Shown here one piece after another: positions 26,309-38,827 of a DNA stretch of 64,000 nt. The position numbers and the translations under genes were made by a program. Origin of the DNA: Octopus vulgaris (lineage: Eukaryota). Below the pieces are notes generated by a model. That model saw nothing but the letters and a program-made list of their open reading frames with translations, was not told the origin of the DNA and ran no database searches. The stretch is from positions 14,570,001 through 14,634,000 of the forward strand of contig OX597830.1 of assembly GCA_951406725.2 (NCBI GenBank), given 5' to 3'. The stretch's first letter is position 1, and the number at the start of each line of letters is the position of its first letter.

Positions 26309-26694
26309 GGAGGCGCAATGGCCCAGTAGTTAGGGCAGCGGACACGCGGTCATAGGATCGCGGTTTCGATTCCCAGACCGGGCGTTGTGAGTGTTTATTG
26401 AGCGAAAACACCTAAAAGCTCCACGATGCTCCGGTAGGGGATGGTGGTGATCCCTGCTGTACTCTTTCACCACAACTTTCTCTACTCTTACTTCCTGTTT
26501 CTGTTGTACCTGTATTTCAAGGGGCCGGCATTGTCACTCTCTGTGTCACGCTGAATATCCCTGAGAACTACGTTAAGGGTGCACGTGTCTGTGGAGTGCT
26601 CAGCCAATTACACGTTAATTTCACGAGCAGGCTGTTCCGTTGATTCGGATCAACCGGAACCCTCATCGTCGTAACCGACGGAATGCTTCCATCC
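26309..26694 (+). mobile_element. tRNA-derived SINE family C (octopus OR-type), full length with TSD
   Basis: A box TGGCCCAGTAGTTAG, B box GGTTTCGATTCC. TSD AAATATAGGTT(A/G)T at 26296-26308 and 26695-26707. Near-identical to 60448-60830. Confidence 0.9.
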
Positions 26695-26754
26695 AAATAT
26701 AGGTTGTGCATATTTGTATGACCAGCTTCATTATTGATATTTTTTTAAAGATGA

Positions 26755-28040
26755 AGGCGGTGAGCCAGCAGAATCGTTAACACTCCAGGCAAAATGCTTA
26801 CCGGCATTTCGTCCGTCTTCACGTCCTGAGTTCAAATTCCGTCGAGGTCCAGTTTGCTTTTCATCCTTTCGGGCTCGATAAAATAAGTACCAGTTATGGG
26901 TTGGGGTCGATCTAATCGACTTGTCTCTTACTTCGAAATTGCTGATCTTGTATCAAAATTTGAAATCAACATTATAATTATGTTAGCAGAATCGTGATTT
27001 GTTCCTTCAAGCCTTTAATCCCTGCGGATTCCATAAAGTAAAGTACTGGGGGTCGATATTATTCACTACCCACCCCCTGGCTAAACCGATACCTAAATTA
27101 GAAACAGTTATTGTTATTAACTTCAAATTTTAGCACAGGACAAGGAATTTCGTGGAAGGTAAGTTGGTTATATTGACACTATTGCTCGACTGGTACTTAT
27201 TTTATCGACCCCGAAAGGATGAAAAGCAAAGTCTACTCTGGCAGCGTTTGACCTCAAACAGTAAAGACGAACGAAATAACGGGAACCATTTTATTCGGCG
27301 TGTCTAACGGTTCTGTCAGCTCCCCGCCTTAACTCACAGTGCTTAATAATAATAACGGTTAAGGTGGGAAGCTGGCACAATCGTTAGCATGCCGGAAAAA
27401 ATGCTTCTCGTCACTTCTTCAGATTTTACGTTCTGAGTTCAAACTCCGACGAAGTTGACGTTGCTTTTCATCCTTTCTGGGCTACTAAATTAAACACCAG
27501 TCAAGGCCTGGTCTCGATGTTAGAAGCTAGCCTCCTCCCGACAAATTTTAGGTCTTTATTAGGCATTGGAGTCCATGTGATTGTCTTGCTTCCTGCCATC
27601 AAAGACTGCTTATCTAGTGCGAAAATTAGAAAAGATTTAGCCCACCGAACTAAATGCTTTACGTGCTGAATTCAAAGTCCACCCTTATTAACTTCGCCCA
27701 TCAGCCTTGGGGGGGGGGGTCGATAAATTAGGTACCAGCCTAGTACTGAGGGTGATATAATCGACTCCCTCCTAAACTCAGACACTGCTGACATTGTACC
27801 AAAATTTGAAAACCATTGCTGATCTCTGAGGCGGTGAGTTGGCAGAATCGTTAAACACGCTGTGTAAACTGTTTAGCGATATTTTGTCCGTCTTTACGTT
27901 CTGAGTTCGAATGCTGCCTGGGTCGACTTTGCCTTTCCTCCCTTTGGACTCTATAAAATAAGTATCAATTACACACTGGGATCGATGTAATCGACTTATC
28001 CCCTTCTCCAAGTTCCAGGCCTTTAGTAGAAAGGATTATT
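26755..28040. mobile_element. Cluster of at least five family A SINEs (+,-,+,+,+)
   Basis: Plus-strand heads at ~26755, 27361 and 27829; inverted copy at 27120-27331; partial copy at 27640-27815. Confidence 0.8.
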
Positions 28041-28069
28041 ACTATTATCCTCGACAGATTCATTTTTAT

Positions 28070-29790
28070 TGCACATTTTCCTTGCCCCAAAGAAAGTAGC
28101 TTTGTGTACTTTGGGTCGGTGCAGTATTTTGCTTTGGTTTTATATTTTCTATTGTATTTGGAGTACTCTACTTCAAATGTTTGCAGCTGTTACTAGTGTT
28201 AAGTGTTGCATGTGTAGGAGTTCTGATAATGTACATCTGCAAATACTTAATCATTCCCCACATACCTTTTATTATCGAAATTGTTTGTTTTCAGTCCCAT
28301 TTCTTTTGATCACCCAAACCTTGGTAATTTTGATAATTTCTCCACTTTTATTCATAGCTGAAACTGATATTTTGAATATGAGACTCTTGTCTACCCTGGT
28401 GTTTCCTGTCAGCAAAATCTACTAAATTGACTTTCGTCTCTATGTCTGTCTAAATTGTCAAATCCCAAAACATGATTAAAATGTCATGCTGAGATCAGTG
28501 AAGACCCGTGGCTTAGTGGTTAGGGTATTCGACTCACGATCGTAAGGTCGCGAGTTCGAATTCTGGCGGTGTGTTGTGTCCTTGAACAAGACACTTGATT
28601 TCACGTTACCTCAGTCCACTCAGCTGACAAAAGTGAGTTGTACATGTATTTCAAAGGGTCAGCCTTGTCACATTTTGTGTTACGCTGAAACTCCCCGAGA
28701 ATTATGATAAGAGTACACGTGTTTGTGGAATGCCTCAGTCTCTTGCACGTTAGTTCCAAGAGCAGGCTGTTCCGTAGATCGGATCAACTAGAACCCATGT
28801 CGTCATAACCGATGGAGTTCCACTATGAGATGATATATGTTTATACTATTGGTATTTCCGAATGCTACCATAACTTGCCATTTAATGTCCGCTCACTCCC
28901 TCATATGATATATGTATTCTTTCTTTACCAAGACTTGGCAGTCGGAAACAAATATGTTTAAGTTCTGACCTCTTCTCACCCTCCTCATATTCGCTAATGT
29001 ACTTCACTTTAGTGGACGCAGTGTCGCAACGAAGAATCCTTAAGTTCTAACTTGGAGCCCTGCGCTTTCCATTCAGTTCTGCAATTTTTCTTAGTCTATT
29101 TATATCCGGTTTAGTTTTTGTCTTTCCCCTAGTAATTAGCTTTTCTGTTGTTATCGCTTTTGCAATGGTGTTTTGAAGCACCAGTTTTAACGCATCTTTT
29201 AGTCTTTATACAGTTTATATGATTTTCCTCCTTTACCTTTGCAATTGTTTGTAATTTTAGGCTTTGGTTAATATTTGTTGTTTTTTTTCTCGGAGTCACG
29301 AAACAGCTTTCCGCTTTTTCTTCTATTTATATTCTGTAGCTATTTGTATTAGTTTTCAATTTTTCTTTCCTACACTTTCTTTACATGCTTTGTAATTCTT
29401 GCTCTTTTCTGTTTTAGCGGCGAATATAATTTGGCTATGTTAGATTTTAGCTGAGTTGTTCTATTTGTAATCTACCTTATTTTTCTGTCCAGTCTAACTA
29501 ATTTATCTAATGCCCATTTGTAAACATTATTACAATAGCTTGTTACTTGAACAACTTGAGAGTCAATGCTTTACTTCATTTAGTCTTGTTTTAAGTATTA
29601 ACATCATGTCTCTATAATATTCTTCATAAGCTTTTCTTTCATCTCTATGTTGTTCTCGATCTGATTCATCGACTCATACATATTTCATATCTGACTTTAC
29701 TATAATTCCCTTCTTTATTTTTAATCAATGTCTTTAATTAATTTTCCTCTCTTTTTGACTCCATTTTCTGCAATTTTATCCGAATCTCAT
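28070..29790 (-). mobile_element. Degraded LINE ORF relic (Dong/R4-like), split by a SINE
   Basis: A-rich minus strand with residual WG/WK motifs and no long ORF. Weak assignment. Confidence 0.3.
28505..28822 (+). mobile_element. tRNA-derived SINE with a different body and the family C tail
   Basis: A box TGGCTTAGTGGTTAG, B box GAGTTCGAATTC, tail CAGGCTGTTCCGTAGATCGGATCAAC. Confidence 0.8.
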
Positions 29791-30518
29791 AACCAACCCT
29801 TTCTTTACGTTCTGAGATCAAATCTGCCGAGGTTAACTTTGACATTCATTCTTTCGTTGTCGATAAAATTAAGGAGCAGTTAAATACTGGAATTGAGATA
29901 ATCAACTGTCCCCTCCCCTCAAAATAACTAGGCCAAAACCTGAAACAATTATTATTATTGAATAAAAGGGCAGCGCATGCCATTAAGTCCAATACACCCA
30001 TCCCGCTCAAGTCCAATATACCAAGTCCTCCATGACTACCCGTCTGATAAGGGTACACCAAGAACATGCATCATAACCATATGTGCATGACAGTTAGAAT
30101 TTCCTTCAGGTTGAGTAGCCCATCCCGCTGAAAAGGTACCTGGATAAGAGTTGTCTAAGGATACTGAACGAAAAACCCATGTTTCCTGGGGCGAATTATT
30201 CAAACCCCAAATAATTCCTCTGAGCACATGGCAATGATGCTCCCCTACTACTTTTGCTCGTGATCAGAGTTACACATATCTTCAGCCACAAAGGAACATG
30301 CTCAACTAGTAAAGGTCAAACAACTGACAAGCAAATAGACAGTTCTGAGCAGAATATTTACTGTAGCCCATCTTTTATATCAAGACAAAACATTGTACAT
30401 GATAACACTTCCAGTCATTTAAGATCAGAAGCCATGGGAGCCACTGCCTTATTATCCTCATCAGTTATCGCCATATTAATAAAAACAAGAATAACAACAC
30501 AAGAAAAAGAAAAAGAAA

Positions 30519-30595
30519 AGAAGAAGTAGAAGAAGAAGAAGAAGAAGAAGAAGAAGAAGAAGAAGAAGAAGAAGAAGAAGAAGAAGAAGAAGAAG

Positions 30596-30628
<33 letters not shown>

Positions 30629-30630
30629 AA
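30519..30630. repeat. (AAG)n-(AAC)n-(AAT)n compound microsatellite
   Basis: Direct inspection. Confidence 0.95.
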
Positions 30631-31103
30631 TGAACCTTTGTCTTTCATCGTTTCAGCGTTGATAAAATGAAATACCAGTCAGACACTGCGATCGAAGCAT
30701 TCGACTAATTCTATCCCTCAGAAATCACTGGCCCCCAATTGGAAATATTATATCCGTTAGTTTCGATAGTCTGATGGCTACAATATTGCATAGTGCCAGT
30801 ATTTGAAAGTTTTGGGGCCAGACCTCTATTTCTCCGATCATCTCACTTATTACTTCTTATATTATTAGAAGTGAAATAAGGGGCTGGTAAAAATGAGAGA
30901 GAGAGAGAGAGGGGGGGTTTAATGAAATGTGATCGAGTTCAATTAGAAAAATCGGTGCGCATGAACGGGTCGATTCTTGAATTTTGTCTTTAGGATTACC
31001 CAGAGCGCAAGGGTTTGGGAGTTGTTTGGTTTCCTTACCCTTCCTAGTTAAAGGGATATTTTGTTTATAGTTTTATTTTCTTACTACCTTCGTTTATTAT
31101 ATA

Positions 31104-31442
31104 CTATCAGTATCGCCCGGCGTTGCTCGGGTTTGTAAGGGAAATAACTATATAAGCATTTTTAGAGAGTTATAGCCCCAAAATAGCAAAAAAATGCATT
31201 AAAAATGGAAAACAAATTATGGTAAATTTTTTTTTAAATCGTTGACTCATCGTAGACATTTTTAGAGAGTTACTTCCCTTATATAATAGCGAAAAATGCA
31301 TTAAAATGGAAAAAAATTATCTCGATATGAATCACGACTATAAGATACCCGGTTTTGGTTAAACTGCACCGCAAAATGTGGGAGTAGTTAGGAATCTAAA
31401 TCGGAGTAGACAGACACACAACCTTACTTTTATATATAAAGA
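31104..31442 (-). mobile_element. Non-autonomous Helitron
   Basis: Minus strand A|TCTTTATATA..., hairpin at plus 31116-31131 (CCCGGCGTTGCTCGGG), end ATAG|T (decayed CTAG). Internal ~63-bp direct repeat at 31158-31220 and 31257-31320. Confidence 0.7.
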
Positions 31443-31909
31443 TGTACTCCACTACAAGTTTTATAAGCCTTGCGTATGTCATATTTCTTTTACTCCATGG
31501 TGTAGCCGCGTGACCCATGAAGGTAATATGCGTTTGCATTCTTCTTCTTTTTCTTCTCCTTCTGCTTGCTGCTGTTGTTGTCGAGGTTGTTGCTGCTGCC
31601 GCTGCTGCTGTAGTTTTTCTTGTTGATAAAATTACGCTGAGCATCGAATGAAATCGTCATAACTGAAATTATACAAAACTTGTTATTTCTGACTTTTGTA
31701 TCGTTGTGAACGACTACAGTGTATATTAACTGTACAAATCGCACTGTTACTTTTGATTGGACTGGAATTCTCGGATCTTGAACTGCAATATGATTATATT
31801 ATAAGACTACAATGGAAGGAACTTTGCATTGAAAAATAACGAACACTTTTAAGATCAACAAGAGTTCAGAGAAATAGAGATTAGAGAAGCGTCAACTTAT
31901 AGGGAGAAG

Positions 31910-31954
31910 ATGATGATAACGAAAATGATAATAATAATAATAATAATAATAATG

Positions 31955-32002
<48 letters not shown>

Positions 32003-32182
32003 GTAATAATAATAATAATAATGATGATGATGATGATGATAATAATAATAATAATAATATTAATAATAATAATAATAATAGTAATAATAATAATAATAAT
32101 AATAACAATAATAATAACAATAACAATAATAATAATAATAACAATACTAATAATAATAATATTATTATTAATAATAATAATG

Positions 32183-32237
<55 letters not shown>

Positions 32238-32292
32238 TAACAATAATAATAATAGAGCTGCGCTCGGTAGTGAAGTGAAAGCACGCTACAAA

Positions 32293-32358
<66 letters not shown>

Positions 32359-32360
32359 CA
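31910..32360. repeat. (AAT)n microsatellite
   Basis: Direct inspection; unique insert at 32254-32292. Confidence 0.95.
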
Positions 32361-33840
32361 ATTACAGTGACACAGAAAAAAAAATAAGGTTTCGGAGCCT
32401 AGAAAAAAAAAGAGAAAGCTGGAAAAGCTGTGGTTTGCACAGAAACCCACCGAGAAGTATCGTAAGGTAATTTGATTGTTTGGTTGGTTAACTGAAATTA
32501 CTAGATATAAGAGAATTTGGGATGACTAATGATGAGCTGAGGTTTGCAAATAATGTAGCTACTATTTATCTCTGGCAAAGCATACTTTCAAACAGTAATC
32601 ATGGAGACAAAACATATCTGCGGCGATGTATACATGCATTATCTGTGTTGCAGCAGTCACGTAATGTAGATCAATACATATAACGATAAGTGAAAGAGGC
32701 GGTGTCGGGGGGAGATAAAAAAAAGAGAGGGAGAAAAATAGAAAATAGAGAAATATATATATATATATATATATATATGGAGAGAGTTGATTGAGATTTG
32801 GCGGTATGGAGTGATCTTCCCCGCTAGTTAACACTCTCAGGTATTTGAACATGATTCGATATATATTCTTCCTGATAAAAAAGGAAACAATTAAAAAACA
32901 GAAGACAATACATAATTTCTTGAATTTTGGATGGTGTGAACAATTTGACAAGCCTCGCTAGGAAATGCAATGCCACCAAAGTGTTGCTTGCAACAAGAGA
33001 TCTAATCGTAATGATAGCGATGTCGATAATAAAGACCACCAATATAAAGATATATATATATATGAAAAAAAAGCTAATAATAGTGCTAGTGGTAAAGTGG
33101 TATTTTATTTAATGCAGATGATAAACATTGGGGGAGGCTTCATTCTCCGGTATATTGATTATATAGGAAACCCCTTTAACAATTCCGCCATTTTATTACA
33201 CAGGCCGAACTCTTTATTTAATACTGCATTATCATTTTGTTCACTTTCTTTTTTTCTTCTCCTTCGTTTCCCTGTTATCATTTGATAGAAAACAACAAAC
33301 GGCAGGTTGTTGTTGTTTTCTATCGAAGAATAACATTGCTGCCATAGCTACAAATTTATCTCTTAGATTTGAAACATGGCTTTCGATGTAATTCACAGCT
33401 CTGCCATTACAGTCAAACAATCTGCTCCCAAAATTACGTTGTTTTTTTGTTTTGTTCCTTTTCGTGTTCCAATCACTGGACTGCAACGATGTCGGAGCAA
33501 CACCGCTGATGAGTTTCAGACGAATCTATCATTTATAATACTTTATTCATGGAAAGGAAAATTTTAACTTTTGGCGCAAAGTAACGCACCTGAACGTAAA
33601 CATATAGTTCCAACGACACACCGATTTGTATATTCACATAATGTACGTAAATACATACATAAATACATCTGTCAACAATTCAACAACCCACTCTTGTAAC
33701 ATATAAAGGTTACATATCTCTGAAGATTTGGTAGCCCGTTTTGATTATGAAATGTAGATTACGTAACTAATATTAATTTTGTGCTAATGAAACGTCCGTA
33801 AGGTGGTGTAACTGAATATTTCATGCGTTGTTTCATTTTT

Positions 33841-33884
<44 letters not shown>

Positions 33885-34410
33885 TATATGTACATACTTA
33901 CATATGTACATATATACATACATATATGTACATACTTACATATATATGTATATCAATCTAAAGTTATAGAACATACAAATGCAAGGTTATCCACATAAAA
34001 TTTCATAACTCGAACATTTAGTCATAGAATATACATTTAGACATCACGGAAGATGGAATATAAATCATCTGTACAAGCATATAAGAAAGTGCGAGAGAAA
34101 ATGTGTGAATATATGTGAATACAGTTCATCACGGTTAAAAGTTAATACTTTAGCGATTAAGAAAAAAATATTTTTTTAAAAAACCATTACAACACCTAGA
34201 AGGTAAAACGTAAAAATATAGTATAAAGTAATATATAAATATATAGGTATATAAAAATATATAAAAATATATAAATATAGGAAGTATATAAAAATATATA
34301 ATATATAATGTAAAATAAAATAAAGGTTCATCGTTTAGAAAATCTTATAAAATTACTTATCGAATAAGTGAGGCCTTATAGTTAAAAAAGAAGAAACCAT
34401 ATTTACTAAA

Positions 34411-34492
34411 TTCCCTATGGCCATTTCAGGGGTATATTATTGTGTTTAAAGCACTAGGGTGCGTCACGCTAATAACTCCTTCGTCAGGGGAA
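34411..34492 (-). ncRNA. Type I hammerhead ribozyme with intact core and extended helix II
   Basis: Minus strand UUCCC-CUGACGA-AGGAGUUAUUA...UAAUAUACCCCU-GAA-AUGGCCAU-A/GGGAA: 5-bp helix I, 8-nt palindromic helix III, AUA cleavage triplet. Confidence 0.8.
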
Positions 34493-34627
34493 AAAATAGA
34501 AAGACAGACATCATCGCGTAGCAGGCTTAACACAATATTGTGTGTTTTCTTATTGAAGCAGTCATGTATATATATGTATATATACGTATATATGTATATA
34601 TATATATACATGCATATATGGGTACAT

Positions 34628-35115
34628 GACATGCATAAGATCTGGTCATCAAATCTTAGTAGAGACTTCAAACTTGAAATATTCAAAGCCACAGTCGAAC
34701 CAATTCTACTATATGGCTCAGAAACCTGGACGTTATCAAAGAAGCTTGAGAGGCGGTTGGATGGAACCAACACTCGCCTCCTTATGAGAGCTCAAAATCT
34801 CTCGTGGAGGCGCCATCCAACCAAAATGCAAATATATGGGAAATTACCACCTGTGTCATCTCTTGTGAAAGGTAGGAGAGTCCAGTTTGCTGGACATTGT
34901 TGTAGAGCTGAAGACGAGGTAATTTCTACTCTTCTCCTCTGGAAGCCATCTGCTCGCGATACCAGAGGGCACACACTCTCCTACCCTGATGTAATCTCCA
35001 GGGATACAGGCATCCAGCAACAGGACCTCCGTAATGCTATGATGGACCGTGAAGTCTGGCGTAACATAGTAAATTCCATTGTCTCGACCACGGTTGAATA
35101 ATGATGATGATGATG
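34628..35115 (+). mobile_element. 5'-truncated RTE-clade LINE 3' end with open ORF and (TGA)n tail
   Basis: KLEIFKATVEPILLYGSETWTL...RRVQFAGHC...DREVWR is a typical RTE C-terminus. Stop at 35099-35101 is followed directly by (TGA)n. Confidence 0.9.
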
Positions 35116-35352
35116 ACAGGACATCAAAAAACGTTGTATGTCCCGTTTCTCTGTTTTTTTCGTTGTTCGACAAAAAGTTTGTTTCTATGATTTTTTTTAT
35201 ATTTTCGTTTCTCATTGTGTTCAACGTTGTTTTGATGTCCTGTACCCATTTATGCATGTATATATACATATATATGTATGTATATATGCATATATTTATA
35301 TATTATTTATATTATTATATGATAGAACACTACGCATCCTTTTCCAAATAAG

Positions 35353-35398
<46 letters not shown>

Positions 35399-35471
35399 AT
35401 ATATATATATAATCGTTAGCCACTACACACATTTTTTTCTCTTTTTTTCTCTCCTTGTTTTTTCTGTGTCC

Positions 35472-35507
35472 CTTTCTGTAGAAGAGCATAGGCTCGAAAT
35501 GTAAAAG
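35472..35507 (+). ncRNA. Minimal hammerhead-like motif (A6U core variant) in a TA-flanked fragment (~35410-35600)
   Basis: CUUU-CUGUAGA-A-GAGC(AUAG)GCUC-GAAA-U-GUA/AAAG. Confidence 0.55.
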
Positions 35508-35802
35508 ACTTTTTCTATTCCTGAGCATTATACTAATACATCTGTTTGTTTTGTACACCACCTGTCTTCGTCTTTATTTTTTTTTCGTAAACTCTCCCTA
35601 TATATAAATATATATATATATGTATATAAAAATTGAGGGAGATGAATTAATATTAATTTTAATATCAATTTCAAACCAGTAGTCCAGCATTCAAAAAATC
35701 TGAGGAGTCAGAGAAAATTCAAATATATGTGTATAGTGGCAGGGCTGGCCTGCTAGGTAGCCGGCCAGAATGCTAGAAAAAGATCATCAACGATCAAACT
35801 AC

Positions 35803-36060
35803 AAGGGAAATTCTCTAGAGGAAGAATTCAGCGAACACCAGAACCAACTTTGGCGGGCATGACATATGAAAAATTATATAAATAACAGACTTAAATGCAT
35901 ACCTCGGTTTCGGTCTTAACAAAAGAATTACTTGCATAATTCTTTTGTTAAGACCGAAACCGAGGTATGCATTTAAGTCTGTTATTTATATAATTTTTCA
36001 TATGTCATGCCCGCCAAAGTTGGTTCTGGTGTTCGCTGAATTCTTCCTCTAGAGAATTTC

Positions 36061-36064
<4 letters not shown>
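35803..36064. repeat. Perfect inverted repeat, 128-bp arms, 6-bp spacer
   Basis: 35803-35930 is the reverse complement of 35937-36064 with no mismatch seen by eye. Spacer CTTGCA; followed by (TA)n. Confidence 0.95.
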
Positions 36065-36121
<57 letters not shown>

Positions 36122-36399
36122 GGCATGTGATCTTTTCTGACACAAATAAGTACATGTTAATAAAATAAAGATTCACATTAAAAAGCACAAATTCTATATA
36201 ATCTCCCAAAATATGTTTCTAGTCGTGAGATGTTCATAGGAAAATGTGAACTGATGATGCTTTCATCAACAACAAAGTTTGTTTACTCTTTATAGTCACC
36301 ATGGCACAACAACGTGTATGTGGCAAGATTGGTGAAATAAGGACACATTAATTCCCTAGAAGCCTAGTCAAAAGGCAAAATACTAACAGTATCGTTTAT

Positions 36400-37050
36400 C
36401 AAGTCTATTGTCCATATTTTTACTACCAACATATTCATACCATAACTACCAAAAACACACATACGAGGAGTTAATGCAACATTTACTGAACAGTCACAAC
36501 GCATGAATAAAACACAGAAAAGGGAGCACTGCATACTTAAAGCCCTGGCAGAAACCACATTTGACAGCAGGGAGGAACACTATTTATCTATAAACAATAT
36601 CTTAAAATCCTGTTTTTATGAGGCCCGGGACCCAATCTCTCTACAGCAAATTACAAAGGAAAAACTACGCACTTTGTATCATAAGTTGTATACATGCCAC
36701 AACCATATACAAGTAAATACAATTCTAAAAACGAAAGATCACCTGGACTTGAAAGGGCCAGAGTTTCCTATCTTTGCAAACGTTAACACACACACGTTCC
36801 CATCTGCTACGTGAAAAATAAATACCGAGCTCTTAAACACATATACTGTAATATCCTAAATCACAACCTTATCCACTTGGGTAGATAAATATAAAAACGT
36901 ACACACAAGTATCGAAAATAACGGATGCACCAAAAGTCTGATAATCTCAATTAATGATCGAGTCTGCTTTTTAATCTCCTTTTAATTTTCATCGATCACT
37001 TTGATCAATTCGATCTCTTGACACATTGTTTACTACAATTCTTTGAGTAC
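36400..37050 (+). mobile_element. Degraded Penelope-like RT fragment
   Basis: ORF 36503-36814 (ILKALAETTFDSREEHYLSINNILKSCFYE...DLKGPEFPIFA) resembles the PLE RT N-terminal KADKG..DxxxY..L..Y.. and LRPIVA region. Confidence 0.4.
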
Positions 37051-37132
37051 ATACCGTAACCTGATATAAAACTGTGTCATACATTGTTGGAACTGTTGTA
37101 GGTGGGAGACCTCTTTTAATGAATTTTGCTTG

Positions 37133-37428
37133 TTCCTTCTCGAACCATGCCTGGCTCATTAGGGACGGTTTCCCGGTTTCCTTGGCGTATAGGTCCCCCA
37201 CCTGGACGAGACGCCGGTCCGTCGCAGGTGAGATGCAAGATGCAGGGGGAAACAGTGAAAGGAAGTTGTGGCGAAAGAGTCAGTAGAAGTTCGCCATTAC
37301 CTTCTCCCGGAGCTGCGTGGAGCTTAGGTGTTTCGGTCTTAAACACACACATCGCCCGGTCTGAGATTCGAACCCGCGATCCCTCGATCGCGAGTCCGTT
37401 GCTCTAACCACTAGGCCATATACCTCCA
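37133..37428 (-). mobile_element. SINE with family C head/body and an alternative 3' tail
   Basis: Minus head GGAGGTATATGGCCTAGTGGTTAGAGC...GGGTTCGAATC; the tail differs from the 26309 copy. Confidence 0.8.
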
Positions 37429-37721
37429 CATTTAATGTATATAAGAAACACAAAAGACGAGAACATAACAACTTCTATGTAATCATTCATTGTGCTAGAA
37501 ATAACAGCCAAACCTCTCTCACTTCACTACCTACTGTGTGATTTAAGAAGGATTTGGCTGCTAATTCTAAAATTTAGAGGTTCCTCTTAAGCCCAAACAT
37601 ATGTTAAGTTCTGATGCTCATATTTTTCCAAAAGCAACTCTGTTAGATGGAAGCGCACTGTTTCATACGAAGCAGTAACTTCACTCGGATAAAATGAAAT
37701 AAATATGTGACAACTTGAAAT

Positions 37722-38330
37722 GGCAATGGAGCTGACAGAATCGTTAACTCGTCAGACAAAATACTTAGCGGCATTTCGTCTATCTTCACGTTCTGACGAC
37801 GTCAACTTTGTCCTTAGTTCTTTCGGGGTCGAAAACATAAGAACCACTGGAATACCAGGGTTGGTGTAATCGACTTACCCCAACCCCCAAATTTGCTGGC
37901 CTTGTACCAAAATTTGAAACCAATATTATCATACCTTCTGCCAGAGCCGCGTGGAACTTAGGTGTTTCGCTCATAAACACACACATCACCCGGTCTGAGA
38001 TTCGATCCCGCGATCCCTCGACCGCGAGTCCGCTGCTCTAACCACTAGGCCATGTACCCCCACCTTTAATGAATATAAGAAACACAAAAGACGAGAACGT
38101 AACAACTTCTAACGATTCTACCAGCTCACCACTTAATCTATGATTAGGCGGTGAACTGGTAGAATCGTTAGCACGCGTGGTAAAATGCTTAGCAGCATAT
38201 CGTCTGTCTTCGCGTTTTGAGTTAAAATTCTACTAAGGTCGACTTTCCCTTTAAACATTTTAGGGTCGATATAGCACATATTCCTCCTCTAAAATTGTTT
38301 ACCCTTTGCCAAAAATTGAAACTAATATCA
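37722..38330. mobile_element. SINE cluster: A (+) 37722-37925, C head (-) 37932-38062, A (+) 38146-38330
   Basis: Family motifs. Confidence 0.75.
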
Positions 38331-38827
38331 TCTATTGTAGGTGTTCTAATTCTGAGGTCAATGCTGCATTAATCGTATAATAATCTCACAAAAATAGTTG
38401 ATCTCATTAATCTAATAAATCAATCTAGACGAAATCAAATCATCTTCCAAATTTGAAAAATTCATGTTCCAATGAAATAATTATTATAATTATTCATTTT
38501 GTGATATTATCGTAGATTATTTACACTAATTTTCAAAATGGTTCAAGAATCCTGATTAGATCTGAAGGAAATTTCAACGCGAATGTTTGCATTTTGAAGG
38601 TATTTTCATTCAGAAAGTGGTACCTTGTGTTCTGACAATTACTCAAATCTTAATTCCTCTGAAGAGCAAATTTGAAACAAATCTGGTACCTATTCTTGGC
38701 TGAGAATACGCTTCAACACTTCCTCATCTGAAATAATAGGCCGAATGTCTGATACTATATTCTTGTTATATTCTTCATGATTTCCACAATAATTTTGTAT
38801 ATATCGTTCATGGTTTCCGCAATTATT

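Noticed and set aside
29965-30450. Complex, GC-richer stretch that looks like a dispersed repeat
   Set aside because: Single copy in the window, with no termini, TSD or ORF to support a call.
31881-32361. Poly-Ile/Leu membrane-like ORFs
   Set aside because: (AAT)n microsatellite.
33503-33535. CTGATGA-GTTTCAGAC-GAAT hammerhead-like string
   Set aside because: GAAT instead of GAAA, weak helix II, and no helix I or III.
34442-35101. 219-aa ORF as a host gene
   Set aside because: Chimeric read-through of a hammerhead-bearing fragment, a TA repeat and an RTE C-terminus.
38655-38690. CTGAAGA...GAAAC motif
   Set aside because: No credible helix II or helix I pairing.
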